From Convolutriloba macropyga (Eukaryota): a DNA stretch of 64,000 bases. A program made the position numbers and the translations under genes. Location of the stretch: positions 11,966,001 to 12,030,000 of the forward strand of contig NC_134476.1 in assembly GCF_964194025.1 (NCBI RefSeq), written 5' to 3'. The notes beneath the pieces were generated by a model. That model had not been told where the DNA came from, made no database searches, and saw nothing but the letters and a program-made list of their open reading frames with translations. This document shows, piece after piece, positions 60,730 to 64,000 of this stretch (the stretch's first letter is position 1; each line of letters opens with the position of its first letter).

Positions 60730-62810
60730 TGACGAATTAAAAAACATAGCAGGACAAGTCCTGAAGTACAATTCAAAGAATTTTCAATGACAAAACAAAC
60801 AACTAGACCTAGAACGGACTATGATGGTTAAGAAAAGAATTCAATAAAAAATTGATAAAACAGTAAAAATCAAAATGAAATTGCCGCATGTGAACAAAAA
60901 ACCCCTAGCGAGAAAGCGAATTTTTGTTCAAACACCGTTTTCTCACTCTGATTTAAAATTAGAGCAAAAAAACTTCACGCTGCAAAACCACTCGCTATTT
61001 TGCTCCAATTCCTGTTTCGGCGCGACCAAAATCACTACTCCTTTTCAACTTCAAAAATCATGAAAATGTGTGAACAGATCTTAAAAAAACATAACCGGAA
61101 GAATTCCGGAAACGACTCGAAGGAGAAAATAGCCTACAGTTATGACTAAACAACTAGAGCAACTATTGTGAACCGTGAATCTCCACAAATAACATAAAAA
61201 GTCAAGGAAGAATAGAAACGGCATTCAAAAACAAATTGAACAAAAAACTATAAACTTAATTTTTTTAACTTGAGTTTTTTTTAATAGTACAAGAAAACAT
61301 AAAGCCGAACAAAGTTTCTTTGCAATTAAAGCAATGAAAAGCTTAAAAAACAATGGGCAAGTCATAATAGGCTAAGAAACTTATCTAAGATTTACAAAAA
61401 AAGACAAACTGCAAAAAAATAAGAAAAATGATTCAAAATTTCTCAATTTTTCTGTCAATTTTCCTTAAAAAAATGATAAATACCTAGAAAAATTTAGTCC
61501 ATCTTATTCTTTGGTATCTAAATAGTCCTTAAATAACAAGCTTCTATTCAAATCCCACTTGAAGATTTTTCCCACTCCAAAAAATAAGAAAACTGGTTTG
61601 AAAATTCTCAATTTTTCTCCAAAATTTCCCAAGAAAAAAATAATTGATACTAAGAGAACTTTGGTCAATTGGTAACCAAAAATATCTTAAGTAACAAGCT
61701 TCAATTCGATTCCCACTTAAAGCATTAAAACAAAAAACAGGCAAAAAATCATTAAATTTTGTCTAAAAATCAGCAAAACTGATCAAAAACATCTAAATTA
61801 GCATTTAACTCAAATTCCCATTTTGAAACGTTCAATTCCTATCGAAACAAGCCTAAAACTAATACATACAATATCATAATCAAACCCATAATTATCAAAA
61901 GTTGCAAAAAACTGCTTTTAAAAGCCGCAAGTGAACAAAAAAATTTCGCTCGCTAAGAGAAATTTTTTTTACACATTAATTTCTCGCTCTCTCAAGAACA
62001 GCGGTATGCACAAAAACCACTCTCTTTTCGCTCCGCTCTTCACTTTTGTTCAGCAACAAAATCACTCCAAATTTTCACGCGTTTCATTTCCCGCTTCAAA
62101 AATCACTACAATAAAATTGATTAAAAAAGGACTTCTCTCCAATACTCCTCTTCGAGTCGTAAAAAGACAGCGCCCCAATACAATTCAAATTCATTGAAAT
62201 TTAAAAAAATCTTAGCAGGAAAAATCCTGACGTACAAATCAAATAACTTTCATTGACTAAACAAAAAACTAGACCTAGAACGTACTATGAGTGAATTGGG
62301 GAAACCATTTCTAAAAAAATTATATCGAAAAAATAAAACATAACCGACAAAACCTCGGAAGAATTGCTCTCGAAGGACTAAAAAATTAATACAAAAAAAG
62401 AGAAATTCAAAGTCAATGTAGGAACAAAAAAACCAATAGCCAAAAATAGAAATTTGGTTTAAACAAGAAATTAGGCCTACAATGAACTGTGAATGGATTG
62501 GAAAATCATTTAGACAGAAGATCCGATCCAAAATATCGAAAAAACAGTAAAAAAATTAAAGTGAAATTGCCGCAAGTTAACAAAAAACCACTACCAAGAA
62601 AGCGAATTTTTGTTCAAACACCGTTTTCTCAATCTGCTTTCAACTTAGAGTGACAAAATTACCACTCGCCGCAAAGCCACTCGCTTTTTTGTTCCCCTTC
62701 TGGTTTCGGCGTGACCAAGATCAATACTCCGATTTGGCTTCAAAAATCATGAAAATGTGTGAACAGATCTTTAAAAAAACAGCGCCACAATACAATTCAA
62801 ATTCTTTAAA
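60730..62810 (+). repeat. Patchwork of direct repeats (60740..61090 vs 62205..62290 and 62543..62780)
   Basis: Shared GAAAGCGAATTTTTGTTCAAACACCGTTTTCTC, CTTCAAAAATCATGAAAATGTGTGAACAGATCTT, AACTAGACCTAGAACG.ACTATGA. Confidence 0.8.
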
Positions 62811-62867
62811 TCGTAAAAACAACGATGTATCCAATAATAGGCGCTATCGCTTCGCGGCTATTAATTA

Positions 62868-63090
62868 CTAAACATAACCGACTGACGTCGGGCGAATTGC
62901 TCTCAAACAACCGGTTGTCTTCGTCAACAGCTAGCCACGGTATAGTGACCTCGGGGCACTACATCTTTATCCCGTTTCTGAAGACGAAAGTCAAATGGGT
63001 CAGACGAAAAATCGGCCAAGCGAAAAATTGCATAAAAGAAAAAAAGGATTAATAAATTTGCTACAAATTGCCTTTGACAGCAATTAACAA
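62868..63090 (+). repeat. Second copy of the same dispersed repeat
   Basis: TTTATCCCGTTT.TGA.GACGAAA..GTCAAAT..GTCAGAC..AAAAATTGCATAAAA is shared with 46130..46215. Confidence 0.75.
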
Positions 63091-63249
63091 TGGTTTCCTA
63101 AAAAGTGCCTGTTAGATGAGTTACGATAAAAAACATTTCAACTATAACTCATTGATAATGAGGATCAGAGATGACACTACGCAAAGAAGATGACATTACG
63201 AAAGACATCAATATCTTAAGAACCAATTAATTGTCTCAAGAGACTATCC

Positions 63250-64000
63250 GGTATCCCTGTTTTCAGCCAGAAATGGTTTCACAGGCTCAAAGATCCATAC
63301 ATTTCGAACACACAAATTTTCCAAAAATTTGAAAAGTTGAAACTTTATCCTAAAATTTCTAAAACTGGAGTCATAACAAAAGTTGATGACAATCCCATTA
63401 ACTCTAGAAACTATGCAGCAGCTTATTATCAAAATTTGGAGGAGGTTCGAGCGCCTCTGTTGCCGGAAAAAAATCAACAACATGAAAAATTGCAAACATT
63501 TCAAAAAATTGCTTAAATTCGTGATATTTAAATCTTGAAGAACATTCCATTACATCTCTGAACCATGCAGTAATATATTATCAAACCTTAGAGGAAGTTC
63601 CGCCGCCCTTGATGTTAAAATCTTGCAAGAAACTCCATTTAACCAAAAAACTATTCAGTAACCTATTTTCAAACCCTAGAGGAGGTTCCTTGGCTCTTGA
63701 GGCTGAAAAAATTTAAAAAACTACAAAAAATTTCAAAAAACTTGAAAAAAGCAAGTTCTATCAAAAAAGTTGCTATAATTTGTGACATTAAAAAGTTTAA
63801 AAACTATTCCATGGCCATTAAAAATTTGTCAGTAACTTATTATCAACCCCCTTAGGATGTTTTCTGGCTCCTGGGTCTGGAAAGACCTGAATAAGGAAAA
63901 AAATGTCAAAAAATTTGAAAATTGCAAGTTTGTCAAAAATTGCTAAAATGCGTGATGTTAAAATGTTGAAACCATTCCATTACCACTAGAAACAATGCAA
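63250..64000. repeat. Degenerate tandem repeat running off the window end
   Basis: Recurring TTATCAAACC.TAGAGGA.GTTC..GC.C.TG, TTCCAT and CGTGA.ATT.AAA motifs at irregular spacing. Confidence 0.55.

Noticed and set aside
60189-64000. Upstream EF-hand exons of SCaMC
   Set aside because: No EF-hand-like minus-strand exon recognised; the region is repeat patchwork, so these exons probably lie beyond the window.

Overview
AT-rich eukaryotic (invertebrate-animal-like) genomic DNA with spliceosomal GT-AG introns, dominated by repeats. Host genes, all on the minus strand: (1) six 3' exons of a Ca2+-regulated mitochondrial ATP-Mg/Pi carrier (SCaMC, SLC25A23/24/25 family; 51815..60188), with a 5'-truncated CRE-like RT+restriction-like-endonuclease retrotransposon in one intron; (2) two tandem paralogous 3-exon genes, A (44232..49483, 351 aa) and B (16237..42448, 352 aa), which the ORF track shows only as fragments. 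Both encode a signal peptide, an expanded 8-Cys Ly6/uPAR-like domain, a second 2-Cys domain with a furin site and a GPI-type tail. Intron 2 of gene B is 22,917 bp and holds an ~18.8-kb quasi-palindrome: ~5.4/5.8-kb inverted arms around a decayed Polinton/Maverick (adintovirus-like) module (ATPase, integrase, penton, major capsid, protease) and a 3x ~1.08-kb tandem array. Also present: a near full-length but disrupted CR1/L2-group LINE (~5070..10100), an unclassified decayed element family (1..5060 and 16870..20780), tandem duplications of the gene B 3' flank carrying MITEs with visible empty sites, microsatellites and dispersed repeats. All calls come from reading and translating by eye; no database search or alignment was run, and repeat boundaries are approximate.
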